64,000 bases of DNA from NCBI GenBank assembly GCA_030765785.1, contig JAVCCC010000018.1, forward strand, positions 761 through 64,760, in the 5' to 3' direction. The translations under genes and the position numbers were made by a program. Shown here piece by piece: positions 20,093 through 30,837 of this stretch. The notes under the pieces were generated by a model. It did no database searches. It was not told where the DNA came from and was given only the letters and a program-made list of their open reading frames with translations. Numbering within the stretch: the stretch's first letter is position 1; each line of letters starts with the position of its first letter. The stretch is from Candidatus Aceula lacicola. Lineage in GTDB: Bacteria > Omnitrophota > Gorgyraeia > Zapsychrales > Aceulaceae.

Positions 20093-21342
20093 TTTAGAAA
20101 CCTCGGAATTTTCTCACCACGAATTAAATCGTTAAATGTTTCTCTTGATTTGATAATTTCAAATTTGTTTCCTTTAACCATAACCTCCGCAACTTTTGGA
20201 CGAATGTTGTAGTTGCTCGCCATAGTAGATCCATAAGCGCCGGCACGCATGATAGCTAAAAGAGCGTTCTTTTTAACTGTACTAAGAGGCCTATCTTTTG
20301 CAAAGAAGTCGCCACTTTCGCAGATGGGCCCGACAACATCGACTTTTATTTTCTTGGCAGCGGTTTTTTTTGTTGGAATAATTTCATGATAGGCATTGTA
20401 AAGTGATGGTCTGGCAAAATCATTCATCCCCCCATCAACAATAACAAATTTCTTAACCCCATTATTTTTATTGTATAAAACTTTTGTTACAAAAATTCCC
20501 GAAGGTCCTGCAATAAAGCGACCGGGCTCAAGAATGATTTTAAGTCCTGTCATTTTCAGCAGTGGCAATAGCGCTTTGGCAAATTGTTTAGACGTTATGG
20601 CTTTTTTCTCGTAGGAGATGCCGAATCCCCCTCCGATATCTAAATATCGAAGGCAAATACTATCAGCACAAAGAATTTCTAGAAATTGAATGATTTTCTT
20701 AAGCGCAAAAACATATGGCTTAACGGATGTGATCTGAGATCCCAAGTGCACATGAAGTCCGTTAATCTCAAGGCTTGGATATTTCTTTGCATTTTTAAGT
20801 ATTTCGTGTGCTGTTTTTAGATCAATGCCAAATTTATTTTTTAACGTTCCTGTCGTAATCGACTTGTGTGTTGCCGCATCAACATCCGGATTAATCCTAA
20901 GAGCGACTTGGACAACTTTCCGTAATTTTTTTGCGATTGTATTAATAGCGTTAAGTTCCTCTTTAGATTCAACATTAAAAAGCAAAATACCTTTTTTAAC
21001 AGCAAGCGCAATCTCCTCTTGCGTCTTTCCAGCAGATGCAAAACAAATTGTTTTCGGATTTGCGCCAACTCTGATCGCTTTTTTAAGTTCTCCACCAGAA
21101 ACAATGTCAATGCCCGCTCCCTGATCGATAAGCGTCTTTAAAATCGCAGCGTTTCCGTTTGATTTCATGGCAAAACATACCAACGGATTCACCGGGGCAA
21201 ATGCATCTCTAATTTTTTGAAAATGCTCCACAAGCGTTTTGTGGCTATAAAGATAAAACGGTGTGCCAACCTTCTTGGCAACAGCGCCGACTTTTACAGA
21301 TTCACAATAAAGCTCATTATTTTTAAAGTTAAAATCATGCAT
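20089..21342 (-). CDS. lysA: Diaminopimelate decarboxylase
   Basis: 417 aa; PLP-dependent fold III decarboxylase, CFAMKSN, GGGFGI motifs; overlaps dapF start by 4 nt. Confidence 0.9.
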   Translation of the reverse strand: MHDFNFKNNELYCESVKVGAVAKKVGTPFYLYSHKTLVEHFQKIRDAFAPVNPLVCFAMKSNGNAAILKTLIDQGAGIDIVSGGELKKAIRVGANPKTICFASAGKTQEEIALAVKKGILLFNVESKEELNAINTIAKKLRKVVQVALRINPDVDAATHKSITTGTLKNKFGIDLKTAHEILKNAKKYPSLEINGLHVHLGSQITSVKPYVFALKKIIQFLEILCADSICLRYLDIGGGFGISYEKKAITSKQFAKALLPLLKMTGLKIILEPGRFIAGPSGIFVTKVLYNKNNGVKKFVIVDGGMNDFARPSLYNAYHEIIPTKKTAAKKIKVDVVGPICESGDFFAKDRPLSTVKKNALLAIMRAGAYGSTMASNYNIRPKVAEVMVKGNKFEIIKSRETFNDLIRGEKIPRFLK

Positions 21343-22711
21343 TGAGTTTTTTCTTCCATTTTAAAAGTTGTTTATAAACCATAGTCGGATTTGTTGATCC
21401 AAAAGATTTTTTGTTTAAAACAGAGGCCTTTGGATTAAGCAGCTTTTTAACATCGCTGGAAAATTTTTGTGAATATTTCTTAAGCTGTGACGTTGTTAAC
21501 TCAGAGATTTTTTTGTCTTTATCCAAACAGCCTTTGACCATTTTCCCGATGGTATCGTGTGCCTCTCGATAAGAAACGCCTTTCTTAATCAAATATTCCA
21601 TAATATCAACAGAAAAGAGTGCCTCATTTTTGATCTTTTTTTCAATGGATTTCTTTTTAACCGTGATTCCTTTAAACAATGCAGCGAGCACCTCTAGCAT
21701 TTGCTTAACTGTTTCAACAGATTCAAACAAAGGTGGTTTGTCGAGCTGCATGTCTCGATTATAGGTCAAAGAAAGTCCTTTCATCAGATTTAGAATTTCT
21801 GACAAATTTCCATAGATTTTTCCTGTTGTCCCGCGAATAAGCTCTAAAATGTCAGGATTCTTTTTGTGTGGCATGATAGATGATCCTGTGCAAAACGCAG
21901 CATCGATATCAATAAAATTGAATTCGTTCGTAACCCATAAAATTAAATCTTCTGAAATTCGCGAAAGATGCATTGCAATAATGGAAAGCGACGAGATGAT
22001 TTCGATAACAAAATCTCGATCGCTAACAGCATCAATGCTGTTTTGGGTAATACCTTTTAAGCCAAGTTTTTTTGCAACAAAGGCACGATCTATTTTTAAA
22101 GACGTTCCAGATAGTGCACAGCTTCCTAAAGGCAGAACGTTTAAACGGTCTCCTGCATCTAAAAGACGTCCTTTGTCGCGCTGAAGCATTTCAACGTAGG
22201 CAAGCATGTGATGCGCAAGTAAGACCACCTGAGCTGATTGCAAATGAGTGTATGCGGGCACAATGACATCTTTGTTCTTAAGAGAAAATTTAAGAATTGA
22301 AGATTGCAGATTGTTGATCCCGTAAAAGATGAATGCAATTTGCTCAAGACAATATAGGCGAATGTCGAGTGCAATTTGATCATTTCGAGATCGTGCTGTA
22401 TGCAGCTTATCAGCAGCTGGTCCAATTTGTTTCTTTAAAGCATTTTGGATATTCGTGTGTACATCCTCTGCTTTTAGATCAAATTTGAATTTATTTGCTA
22501 AGATTTGTTTTTCAATCTTTTTTAGACCAGAGACAATTTTATCGCTATCTTTTTTGGGGATAATTTTACATTTTCCAAGCATTTGTGCATGTGCAATGCT
22601 TCCAGCGACATCATATTTTGCAAGACATTTATCGTATGAGATGCTGAAAGAAAAGTCATCAGCAAGTTTGCTTGACTTTTTTGTAAATCGTCCTCCCCAT
22701 AATTTACTCAT
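21335..22711 (-). CDS. argH: Argininosuccinate lyase
   Basis: 458 aa; MSKLWGGRFTK... fumarate-lyase signature GSSIMPHKKNP. Confidence 0.95.
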   Translation of the reverse strand: MSKLWGGRFTKKSSKLADDFSFSISYDKCLAKYDVAGSIAHAQMLGKCKIIPKKDSDKIVSGLKKIEKQILANKFKFDLKAEDVHTNIQNALKKQIGPAADKLHTARSRNDQIALDIRLYCLEQIAFIFYGINNLQSSILKFSLKNKDVIVPAYTHLQSAQVVLLAHHMLAYVEMLQRDKGRLLDAGDRLNVLPLGSCALSGTSLKIDRAFVAKKLGLKGITQNSIDAVSDRDFVIEIISSLSIIAMHLSRISEDLILWVTNEFNFIDIDAAFCTGSSIMPHKKNPDILELIRGTTGKIYGNLSEILNLMKGLSLTYNRDMQLDKPPLFESVETVKQMLEVLAALFKGITVKKKSIEKKIKNEALFSVDIMEYLIKKGVSYREAHDTIGKMVKGCLDKDKKISELTTSQLKKYSQKFSSDVKKLLNPKASVLNKKSFGSTNPTMVYKQLLKWKKKLNA

Positions 22712-22734
22712 TATTTGCTCCCTTTAGTTTTTCG

Positions 22735-23904
22735 CTATTTACTAAACGGAAGGCTCCATAAATGGTTGAAGCCTTCAGCTAATTTTTGATCAAATGTATC
22801 TTTCTCGCCATATGTTGCCAGTTCTTCTTTGTAGCGAGAGTGCTTTGATTTTCGACCAACCACTGTGCAGTTTCCTTTGTAAAGCTTAAGTCGAACAACG
22901 CCGGTTGTAAATACATGTGCTTTATTAAAGTATGAATCAAGCTGTTCTTTTAGCGGAGTAAACCATAGACCATTGTATATTAACTCTGCATATTTTTGCG
23001 AAGCCTGAGTTTTATAGCGCATAGTTTCGCGGTCTAAAACAAGGCTTTCAAGATCAGATAAAGCTGTGTGTAAAATTGTTCCGGCGGGATTTTCGTATAT
23101 TTCTCGAGATTTAATTCCTACCAAACGATTTTCTATCATATCGACACGTCCGATGCCATTCTTACCTCCAATTTCGTTTAACTTTTTTATAAGCGAAACT
23201 GGTTTATATGGTGTTCCGTTTATTTTCTTCGGTATTCCTTTATCAAAAGTTATTTCAATATATGTTGCTTTGTTTGGCGCTTTTAAAGGAGATTGCGTCA
23301 TTGCGTAAATATTTTCTGGTGGTTCAGTCCACGGATTCTCTAAAACGCCACATTCTATTGCACGACCATATGCATTCGTATCAATGCTATATGGATTTTT
23401 TTTAGTCACGTTAACAGATATGCCCATTTTTTTGGCATAATCCATTTCTTCTTCGCGCGTTTTGAATTCCCATGTTCGGACTGGCGCTATTATTTCCATT
23501 TCTGGAGCCATTAAACGAAATGTGGTTTCAAAGCGCACCTGATCATTGCCCTTCCCTGTGCATCCATGTGCAAGCGCATCAGCTTTTTCTTTTTTTGCAA
23601 TTTTCACCTGATGCTTCGCTATTAATGGACGAGACAAAGCGCAAGCAAGATTATATTTGCCTTCATATAGAGCGCCTGCCTTTAAAGCCAAAAGAATATA
23701 ATCTTCAATAAGTTCTTTTTGAAGATCGAGACAGTAGACCTTTGATGCTCCTGACTTAAGAGCCTTTTTTTCGACCTTTTTAAAGTCTCCACCCTGGCCA
23801 ACGTTTCCAATGACAGCTATTGTATTGTAGCCTTTATTTTTTAACCAAGGTATTATGCATGAAGTGTCTAATCCGCCTGAATAAGCTAAAACAACTTTTT
23901 TCAT
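22735..23904 (-). CDS. argG: Argininosuccinate synthase
   Basis: 389 aa; AYSGGLDTS PP-loop, ArgG family. Confidence 0.95.
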   Translation of the reverse strand: MKKVVLAYSGGLDTSCIIPWLKNKGYNTIAVIGNVGQGGDFKKVEKKALKSGASKVYCLDLQKELIEDYILLALKAGALYEGKYNLACALSRPLIAKHQVKIAKKEKADALAHGCTGKGNDQVRFETTFRLMAPEMEIIAPVRTWEFKTREEEMDYAKKMGISVNVTKKNPYSIDTNAYGRAIECGVLENPWTEPPENIYAMTQSPLKAPNKATYIEITFDKGIPKKINGTPYKPVSLIKKLNEIGGKNGIGRVDMIENRLVGIKSREIYENPAGTILHTALSDLESLVLDRETMRYKTQASQKYAELIYNGLWFTPLKEQLDSYFNKAHVFTTGVVRLKLYKGNCTVVGRKSKHSRYKEELATYGEKDTFDQKLAEGFNHLWSLPFSK

Positions 23905-24831
23905 TTATTTCTCTCCCTCTCCTAGCAAAAACGTCAAGATTGCTTTTTGAACATGCATTCGATTTTCTGCTTGATCAAAAACAACTGAATTTGGCCCATC
24001 GATGACATCAGCAGAAACTTCCATTCCTCGATGAGCTGGAAGACAGTGCATAAAAATGTAATCTGATTGAGCACCTTTGATTAAATCGCTATTAATTTGA
24101 AATCCTTTAAAATCTTTTTTTCGTTTTTTATCTTCTTCTTCTTGGCCCATGCTGACCCAAACGTCAGAGTAAATAACATCGGCATTGCCAACCGCTTCTT
24201 CAGGATCATTGAGAATCGTAATTTTAGATCCTGTTTCTTCAGCGATTCCTTGAGCCATATTTAGAATATCTTGGCTTGGCTCATACTTTTTTGGCGTAGC
24301 GATGTTTAAGTCATATCCTATGCGTGCACACGCGAGAATTAGCGAATGACAAACATTGTTTCCATCTCCTATATAAGACATCAAGACTTTCTTTTCGTCG
24401 CCAAATTTTTCTTTAACGGTTAAAATATCAGCCAACGCTTGGCATGGGTGGAATAAATCTGAAAGTCCATTAATAATGACAGCTGACGCATTCTCAGCAA
24501 GCTCGACAACATCAGTGTGTGAAAAGGTTCGAGCAACAATGCAATCAAGATAACGCGACAGCGTTTTAGCAACATCAGCAACTGATTCTCGTTTGCCAAG
24601 ATTGATTTCTTGAGGTGCTAAATAAAGGCATTTTCCGCCAAGTTGCCAGACTGCAATTTCACAAGAAACACGCGTTCGGTTAGATGGTTTTTGAAATAAA
24701 AGCCCAACCGCCTTATTTTTAAGATGATTTGTTATTTTTGAGCCGCTATTTTTAAGTTTTATTGCAAGGTCAATAATGTGTGCGACCTCGTTAGAACTTA
24801 AATCATGCAAGCTTAAGAGATCTCGTTTCAT
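23905..24831 (-). CDS. argF: Ornithine carbamoyltransferase
   Basis: 308 aa; SNRTRVSCE (STRT motif), HCLPAHRGMEV. Confidence 0.9.
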   Translation of the reverse strand: MKRDLLSLHDLSSNEVAHIIDLAIKLKNSGSKITNHLKNKAVGLLFQKPSNRTRVSCEIAVWQLGGKCLYLAPQEINLGKRESVADVAKTLSRYLDCIVARTFSHTDVVELAENASAVIINGLSDLFHPCQALADILTVKEKFGDEKKVLMSYIGDGNNVCHSLILACARIGYDLNIATPKKYEPSQDILNMAQGIAEETGSKITILNDPEEAVGNADVIYSDVWVSMGQEEEDKKRKKDFKGFQINSDLIKGAQSDYIFMHCLPAHRGMEVSADVIDGPNSVVFDQAENRMHVQKAILTFLLGEGEK

Positions 24832-26012
24832 TGAGTCACCTTTTTAAATGATTTTTTAAGAATGTAAAATGCTTTATCCATTTGCTTTTTCGTTACATTT
24901 AAAGCTGGCATAATACGCAAAATATTTCCTTGTGTACAGTTGATAATGAGCCCGTTTTCGAAACATTCATCAAAAATAGCTTTGCCATCGATATCTAGCT
25001 CAATGGCAAGCATGAGCCCAAGCCCACGAATTTCTTTGATGCATGAAAATTCCTTTTTTAGTTTTTCAAATTTTTCGATGGCGTAAGCCCCCATTTTTTT
25101 AGTATTTTTTAGCATCTTATCTTTTTCAATCGCCTTAAAAACGCCGAGCGCTGCCTTACAAACAATCGGGCTTCCGCCAAATGTGGATGCATGCATACCG
25201 GGCTTAAATGTATCGGCAATTTCTTTTTTAACGACAATGGCTCCAATTGGTAGCCCGCCGCCTAAAGATTTTGCTAAGACCATAATATCTGGCGCAACGC
25301 CATAATTTTTAAATGCAAACATCTCTCCGGTTCGCCCAAGACCGGTTTGAACTTCATCAAAGATAAGCAATATGTCTTTCTCTTTGCATATCTTTGCAAG
25401 TTCAGTGATATATTCTTTTTGCGCAACGTGAATGCCACCCTCTCCCTGAACAACTTCAATCATAATCGCAGCTGTCTTATCGTTGATGGCTTTTTTTATG
25501 GCATCGATATCATTAAAAGGAACAATTTTAAAACCTTCAACCAGAGGGAAAAAACCATCTTGGTATTTTTTTTGTCCTGTTGCTGAAAGCGCTCCAAGCG
25601 TTCGGCCATGGAATGATTTTTCCATGCTGATAATTTCGTAGCGATCGCCTTTTCCATAAATGCGAGAGAATTTAATTGCCGATTCGCAAGCTTCAGCGCC
25701 ACTATTACAAAAAAATACTTTTGCCGGAAAAGACCAATGTACGATTTCCTGTGCAAGTTTTAGCTGGTTCGGATTGTAAAAGTTATTTGGGATATGAATT
25801 AATTTTCCAATTTGATCCCGAACAGCAGAGACAACTTTAGGATGACAATGCCCAACATTGCTCACGCCCCAGCCAGGAAAAAAGTCTAAATATTTTTTTC
25901 CAGTGATATCAACGAGCGTCATGCCTTTTCCTTTGACGAAAATACCCGGCGTACGTGTATATGTCGTCAAAATATAATTGTCATAATCTTTTAGAATTTT
26001 TAGTTTTCGCAT
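24828..26012 (-). CDS. argD: Acetylornithine aminotransferase
   Basis: 394 aa; class III aminotransferase, DEVQTGLGRTG. Confidence 0.9.
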   Translation of the reverse strand: MRKLKILKDYDNYILTTYTRTPGIFVKGKGMTLVDITGKKYLDFFPGWGVSNVGHCHPKVVSAVRDQIGKLIHIPNNFYNPNQLKLAQEIVHWSFPAKVFFCNSGAEACESAIKFSRIYGKGDRYEIISMEKSFHGRTLGALSATGQKKYQDGFFPLVEGFKIVPFNDIDAIKKAINDKTAAIMIEVVQGEGGIHVAQKEYITELAKICKEKDILLIFDEVQTGLGRTGEMFAFKNYGVAPDIMVLAKSLGGGLPIGAIVVKKEIADTFKPGMHASTFGGSPIVCKAALGVFKAIEKDKMLKNTKKMGAYAIEKFEKLKKEFSCIKEIRGLGLMLAIELDIDGKAIFDECFENGLIINCTQGNILRIMPALNVTKKQMDKAFYILKKSFKKVTQ

Positions 26013-26863
26013 TTTTTTATAATCTGTGTTCCGACACCGCGGTCGGTGAAAATCTCAAGTAAGATAGCATGCTGCATGCGTGCATCAATAATGTGAGTTT
26101 TATGAACGCCTCCGTTAAGCGTTTCGATACATGCATCCACTTTTGGAATCATGCCAGAATTAATAATCTTTTTTTCTTTTAGTTGATCGACTTCTTGAGT
26201 CGTCAGCGTTGAGATAAGTGATTCCTGATCCTCAGGATCTCGTAAAACGCCTAAAACGTTTGTCAAAAGAACGAGCTTCTCTGCATTCATTGAAACTGCG
26301 ATCGCGCTTGCCACCTCATCTGCGTTGATATTGTGTTGTTGCTTTGCTCCGCAAATACCCATTGGCGATATAACGGTGATATGCCCTTTTTTAAGGTGTT
26401 TCTCAATTGCTTTTTTATCGATCGTCTTAACTTGACCAACAAATCCAAGATCTTTGGATGCTTTTTTCTTTTCGACGTGAATGATATTTTCGTGACCAAT
26501 TAATCCTGTTACGTCTCCATTAAGCCCTTTGATTTCTTTTACAATTTTTTGATTTAGTTTTCCAAGTTCTTCGCTAACGATATTAAGCGTGTGCTTATCC
26601 GTAATGCGAATGCCATCATGAAATTCTGCTTTTTTTCCTATTGCTTGCAAGCGTGCATTAATATAAGGTCCGCCACCGTGAACAAGAATAGTTCGAATAC
26701 CAACATAGCTTAAGAAAACAAGATCTTCGAAAATATATTTTCGAATGATATCGTTTTCAAGAATGCTGCCGCCATATTTAATGACAAATACTTTTCGACG
26801 AAACGCATGAATATACGGAAGCGCTTCAACGAGAATACCAGCTTTTTTAATTATATTTTCCAT
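26000..26863 (-). CDS. argB: Acetylglutamate kinase
   Basis: 287 aa; amino-acid kinase family, VIKYGGS / VHGGGP motifs. Confidence 0.9.
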   Translation of the reverse strand: MENIIKKAGILVEALPYIHAFRRKVFVIKYGGSILENDIIRKYIFEDLVFLSYVGIRTILVHGGGPYINARLQAIGKKAEFHDGIRITDKHTLNIVSEELGKLNQKIVKEIKGLNGDVTGLIGHENIIHVEKKKASKDLGFVGQVKTIDKKAIEKHLKKGHITVISPMGICGAKQQHNINADEVASAIAVSMNAEKLVLLTNVLGVLRDPEDQESLISTLTTQEVDQLKEKKIINSGMIPKVDACIETLNGGVHKTHIIDARMQHAILLEIFTDRGVGTQIIKKCEN

Positions 26864-27986
26864 TGATTTTCACATATCCGGTTGACAAATCTGATGTATA
26901 TACAGTCCACGAAGATGAGCCGATATTTAAATCAACATGGATACTGATGTTTTTCTTTTCAAAAGAACTAAACTTTATCTTTAATTGTTTATCCGTAATG
27001 TTAAGCCCAAGAGATCCTACGGCAGCAGCAACTCGTCCCCAATTAGGGTTGCTTCCATAGGCTGCGGTCTTAACAAGATTTGAATTTGCAATCGCGAATG
27101 CAACTTTTTTAGCCTGCGCATTATTTTTTGCACTGCTAACGGACACGGTGATAAATTTTGTGGCGCCCTCCCCATCAATAACAATTTTTTTCGCAAGGTC
27201 AAGGCAGGCAAATTGAAGCGCTTCGCAAAACTTTTTGTAATCGCTGCTTTTTTTTACAATTTTAGAGTTCTTTGCAAGACCGTTGGCCATTGCAATAACC
27301 ATATCATTTGTGCTCATGCAGTTATCCACTGTAATGCTATTAAACGATGTTGCGCAAGCGTCTTTAAGAGCTAGCTTTAATAGTGGCGCACTAATCGAGA
27401 TATCTGTCGCGATATAGCATAACATTGTTGCCATGTTTGGAGCGATCATTCCAGAACCTTTTGCCATAGCTCCGATTTTAACTTTTTTCTTACCGACCAT
27501 AAGCTCAACGGCAATCTCTTTTTCAAACGTATCGGTTGTCAAAATTGCTTTTGCAGAGATTTTTGCATTTTTTCGCGAAAGTTTATTGACAAGTGCAGGC
27601 GCAGCCTTTTTAATTTTTTTAAATGGCAATGGTTTTCCGATAATACCTGTTGAGGAAACCAGAACATCATTTTTTGATATATCCAAAAGCTTTGCAATCA
27701 GCTCAGAAGTTTTTTCAGCGTAAACCAGACCAAATTTTCCTGTAAAACAATTGGCATTACCACTATTTGTAATAATGGCTTGGGCCTTATTGTTTTTAAT
27801 TTTTTTCTTAGTCACAACAAGTGGCGCTGCTATAATCGAATTCTTTGTAAAAACGCCGACACTCGTTGCTGGAATTTTACATGTAATAAGTGAAAGATCA
27901 GGCTTTCCTGATTTTTTGATTCCGCACCAAAGGCCATTGGCTAAAAATCCTTGAGCTGTTGTGATACCACCTTTTATTGTCTTCAT
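26847..27986 (-). CDS. argJ: Bifunctional ornithine acetyltransferase / N-acetylglutamate synthase
   Basis: 379 aa; ATMLCYIATD autoprocessing-site motif. Confidence 0.9.
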   Translation of the reverse strand: MKTIKGGITTAQGFLANGLWCGIKKSGKPDLSLITCKIPATSVGVFTKNSIIAAPLVVTKKKIKNNKAQAIITNSGNANCFTGKFGLVYAEKTSELIAKLLDISKNDVLVSSTGIIGKPLPFKKIKKAAPALVNKLSRKNAKISAKAILTTDTFEKEIAVELMVGKKKVKIGAMAKGSGMIAPNMATMLCYIATDISISAPLLKLALKDACATSFNSITVDNCMSTNDMVIAMANGLAKNSKIVKKSSDYKKFCEALQFACLDLAKKIVIDGEGATKFITVSVSSAKNNAQAKKVAFAIANSNLVKTAAYGSNPNWGRVAAAVGSLGLNITDKQLKIKFSSFEKKNISIHVDLNIGSSSWTVYTSDLSTGYVKINGKYN

Positions 27987-27995
27987 TTTTAATCC

Positions 27996-29009
27996 TTACA
28001 AAAGTCCCGTGTTTTCTTTAAAGCCACACATAAGATTCATATTTTGGACAGCCTGACCTGAAGCGCCTTTCATTAGGTTGTCAATCGCGCTTGTGATAAC
28101 GAGCATGTTGTTTTTGACCGCAAAACCGATGTCACAATAATTTGTTCCAGTCACATTCTTTGTTTCTGGCTGACACCCTGGTTTTAAGATACGCACGAAT
28201 TCTTCAGTCTTATAAAATTTTTGATAAAGGCTATATATTTTCTGTGCCGTCATCGGACTTTTAAGCTGAATATAAACTGTTTCCAAAATACCATAATTCA
28301 TCGGAATTAAATGAGGTACAAAAGTAATGTCCACTTTTTTTCCGGAAAGCCGAGATAAGTAAGCACAAATTTCAGGCGCGTGTTGATGACAAAGCGCTTT
28401 GTATGCTTTTAAATTTTCATTGGCTTCCGAGTAAATAAGGCTGAGCACAGTTTTTCGTCCAGCACCCGAAACGCCAGATTTTGCATCGATAATAATCGAG
28501 GCAATTTTTTTGCTATGTGTCGCCATTAATGGCGCAAGCGCCAAAATAGCCGCCGTTGGATAACATCCTGGGTTTGCAACAAGCTTTGCCTTTTTAATCT
28601 CTTCCCGATAAAGCTCAGGAAGCCCATACACTGATTTTGGTAGATTCTTTTTATCCTTGTGAGCAACGCCATACCATTTTTTATAAACAGAAGAATTTTT
28701 AAGTCGGTAATCAGCGCTAAGATCAACAACCATTTTTTTAGCTTTAAGCAATCCTGGAGTGATGCTCATTGACTTTGTATGTGGCACGGCAACAAAGAAA
28801 AGATCACAAAGATTTTTTGCTTTGGAAAGATTAAACTTTTCGCACACCAAACGTGTCTTACCTGCAAACTCCGGATGGATATCGCTTACCTTTCCTGTTG
28901 TTGTGCCAGCGCTCACATGCGTAACGCGGACATCCTTGTGGTTCAAAAGGATTTTTAAAAGCAGCTTTCCAGAATAGCCGCTGATTCCAATAATTCCAAC
29001 ATTGAGCAT
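27996..29009 (-). CDS. argC: N-acetyl-gamma-glutamyl-phosphate reductase
   Basis: 337 aa; N-terminal Rossmann GISGYSG, catalytic Cys region NPGCYPT. Confidence 0.9.
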   Translation of the reverse strand: MLNVGIIGISGYSGKLLLKILLNHKDVRVTHVSAGTTTGKVSDIHPEFAGKTRLVCEKFNLSKAKNLCDLFFVAVPHTKSMSITPGLLKAKKMVVDLSADYRLKNSSVYKKWYGVAHKDKKNLPKSVYGLPELYREEIKKAKLVANPGCYPTAAILALAPLMATHSKKIASIIIDAKSGVSGAGRKTVLSLIYSEANENLKAYKALCHQHAPEICAYLSRLSGKKVDITFVPHLIPMNYGILETVYIQLKSPMTAQKIYSLYQKFYKTEEFVRILKPGCQPETKNVTGTNYCDIGFAVKNNMLVITSAIDNLMKGASGQAVQNMNLMCGFKENTGLL

Positions 29010-29049
29010 TTTAAGACTCCTTTAATATAAGTATTATATAGAATGTTTT

Positions 29050-29078
29050 ATAATAAAAGAAAAAGCCTATCTCGTCAA
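29050..29078 (-). promoter_or_regulatory. sigma70-type promoter of the arg-lys-dap mega-operon (TTGACG-17-TATTAT)
   Basis: rc of 29073-29078 = TTGACG, 17-nt spacer, rc of 29050-29055 = TATTAT; GGAG SD 9 nt before argC ATG. Confidence 0.5.
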
Positions 29079-29110
29079 CTTTTTTCTCGAGGGAGATAGG
29101 CTTTTTTGGT
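29064..29110 (-). terminator. Rho-independent (bidirectional-looking) terminator downstream of rpsI
   Basis: Inverted repeat AGCCTATCTCG...CGAG(GG)AGATAGGCT followed by U-run on minus strand (rc of AAAAGAAAA) and T-run on plus. Confidence 0.6.
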
Positions 29111-29131
29111 GCTGCTATATTTAAATCTAAA

Positions 29132-29527
29132 TTAACGCTTAACCCATTGAAACTTCTTGCGAGCCCCTTTCTGCCCCGGTTTCATTCTTTCCTTGATTCT
29201 TGCGTCACGGGTTAAAAATTTTGCTTTTTTCAAAAGACTTTTTGTGTCGTCATCACATAAAGATAGTGCGCGTGATAGAGCGAGTTTGATTGCATCAGCT
29301 TGCCCAGCCACTCCTCCGCCAGACACTTTTGCTGTCATGTCAAATTTATCAAGATTGTTCGTTACCTCGAGAGGCGCTAAAACATTAATTCGATCCGTTT
29401 CAGCTGCAAAATATCCCTCAAAAGAACGTTTATTGACCTTTATGATTCCAGTTCCCGGCATAATATTAACGCGTGCAACAGCACATTTTCGACGGCCCGT
29501 TGCCGCATATTTTACAACTTCAACCAT
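29132..29527 (-). CDS. rpsI: 30S ribosomal protein S9
   Basis: 131 aa; C-terminal ...GQKGARKKFQWVKR characteristic of S9. Confidence 0.95.
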   Translation of the reverse strand: MVEVVKYAATGRRKCAVARVNIMPGTGIIKVNKRSFEGYFAAETDRINVLAPLEVTNNLDKFDMTAKVSGGGVAGQADAIKLALSRALSLCDDDTKSLLKKAKFLTRDARIKERMKPGQKGARKKFQWVKR

Positions 29528-29532
29528 ATTAA

Positions 29533-29973
29533 TTAAACCTCCAAAGCTATCGGTTTTTGGGCGCTATGTGTATGTTTGTCGCCGGCATAAACCTTTAATT
29601 TTTTGCCCATCTTTGATCCAAGGGCCCCTTTTGGGAGCATGCCAGTAATAGCATGTTTTAAAGCAAACGTTGGCTTTTGAGCCATCATGTCCTTCATAAC
29701 AACGCTTTTTTGTCCAGATGGATATCCAGAATAACGCTGATATGTCTTTTTTTGCAGTTTTGCTCCAGTAACTCGAACCTTTTCTGCATTGATAATAATA
29801 ACCATATCCCCAGTGTCAACATGTGGAGTATAAATTGGCTTGTGTTTACCTCGTAAAATTGATGCAACGCGCGATGCAATGCGACCTAAAACCTTATCCT
29901 TTGCATCAATAATATAGCAAGCCCTCTCTATTTCAGTTGGCTTAGCTACAAATGTTTTTGTTTTTTTAATCAT
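29533..29973 (-). CDS. rplM: 50S ribosomal protein L13
   Basis: L13 homology begins at internal Met ([34 protein letters not shown]); ATG at 29973 with AGGAAA SD; ORF-track 187-aa version is an upstream in-frame extension. Confidence 0.85.
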   Translation of the reverse strand: MIKKTKTFVAKPTEIERACYIIDAKDKVLGRIASRVASILRGKHKPIYTPHVDTGDMVIIINAEKVRVTGAKLQKKTYQRYSGYPSGQKSVVMKDMMAQKPTFALKHAITGMLPKGALGSKMGKKLKVYAGDKHTHSAQKPIALEV

Positions 29974-30071
29974 AATTTCCTCAACGTTATTCGTTACAGT
30001 ACAATAGAAAGAAAGTATAGCAGTTTTCGTTAAAATGTCAACCGAAAAAGTGCCCTGTTTGATTTTTTTGA

Positions 30072-30827
30072 TCAGTATTTCACTTTTAGAAGACACAGGC
30101 CTTTTGCCAGTGCTGTTGGGCCTGCAAATTTTCGATCTTTAGCTTTTAGGATTGTTGATATTTGGCTTGGCTTTATTTTGCCAAGGCCAACTTTGATAAG
30201 AGTTCCTACGATATTTCGGACCATTTTATATAAAAAGCCATTTGCTTCAATGTTAATTGTGATAATGTTTTTTTTCTTTCGGATCGTAATTTTCTGAATG
30301 GTTCGAACAGTATCAATCGGTTTTCCAGCTTTTCTTTTTGCAACATCGATCGCAGCCACAGATTTAAAATCTTTTTTTCCAACAAATTTTTCGGCAGCTT
30401 TCTTCATGATTTCAATATCCAAGGATTGTGGACAATAATGACAAAAAACTTTTGTATGAGCCGAGGGTATGTTTCGATTTAAAATTGTATATCGATAGAT
30501 TTTGCTTTTGGCGCAATATTGTGCATGAAAATTATTTTTGACTTTTATGGATTTAAGAATGACAATATCGTTAGAAAGATTTCCGTTGAGTGCTTTTAGA
30601 ATTGTTTTAGGATCAAGATTAGAGTTTGTTTGAAAATGTGCGACTTGTCCGACGGCATGAACTCCGCAATCTGTTCTTCCTGCTCCCATCAGCGTTATTT
30701 TTTCACCCAAAATTTTTTCGAGATTCTTTTTGATTTCGTCTTGAACCGTTCTCTCGCCTTTTGCCTGAATCTGCCAACCAGAAAAGTTTGTTCCGTCGTA
30801 TTCTATGGTTAACTTGATTGTACGCAT
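30072..30827 (-). CDS. truA: tRNA pseudouridine(38-40) synthase
   Basis: TruA homology starts at [21 protein letters not shown] (ATG at 30827); RTDCGVHA active-site motif; 307-aa track ORF is an upstream extension. Confidence 0.85.
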   Translation of the reverse strand: MRTIKLTIEYDGTNFSGWQIQAKGERTVQDEIKKNLEKILGEKITLMGAGRTDCGVHAVGQVAHFQTNSNLDPKTILKALNGNLSNDIVILKSIKVKNNFHAQYCAKSKIYRYTILNRNIPSAHTKVFCHYCPQSLDIEIMKKAAEKFVGKKDFKSVAAIDVAKRKAGKPIDTVRTIQKITIRKKKNIITINIEANGFLYKMVRNIVGTLIKVGLGKIKPSQISTILKAKDRKFAGPTALAKGLCLLKVKY

Positions 30828-30837
30828 AACAAAAGTT

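Noticed and set aside
29974-30096. N-terminal 41-aa extension of rplM in the ORF track
   Set aside because: L13 homology starts at the internal ATG (29973), which has an SD. The extension overlaps the truA 3' end.
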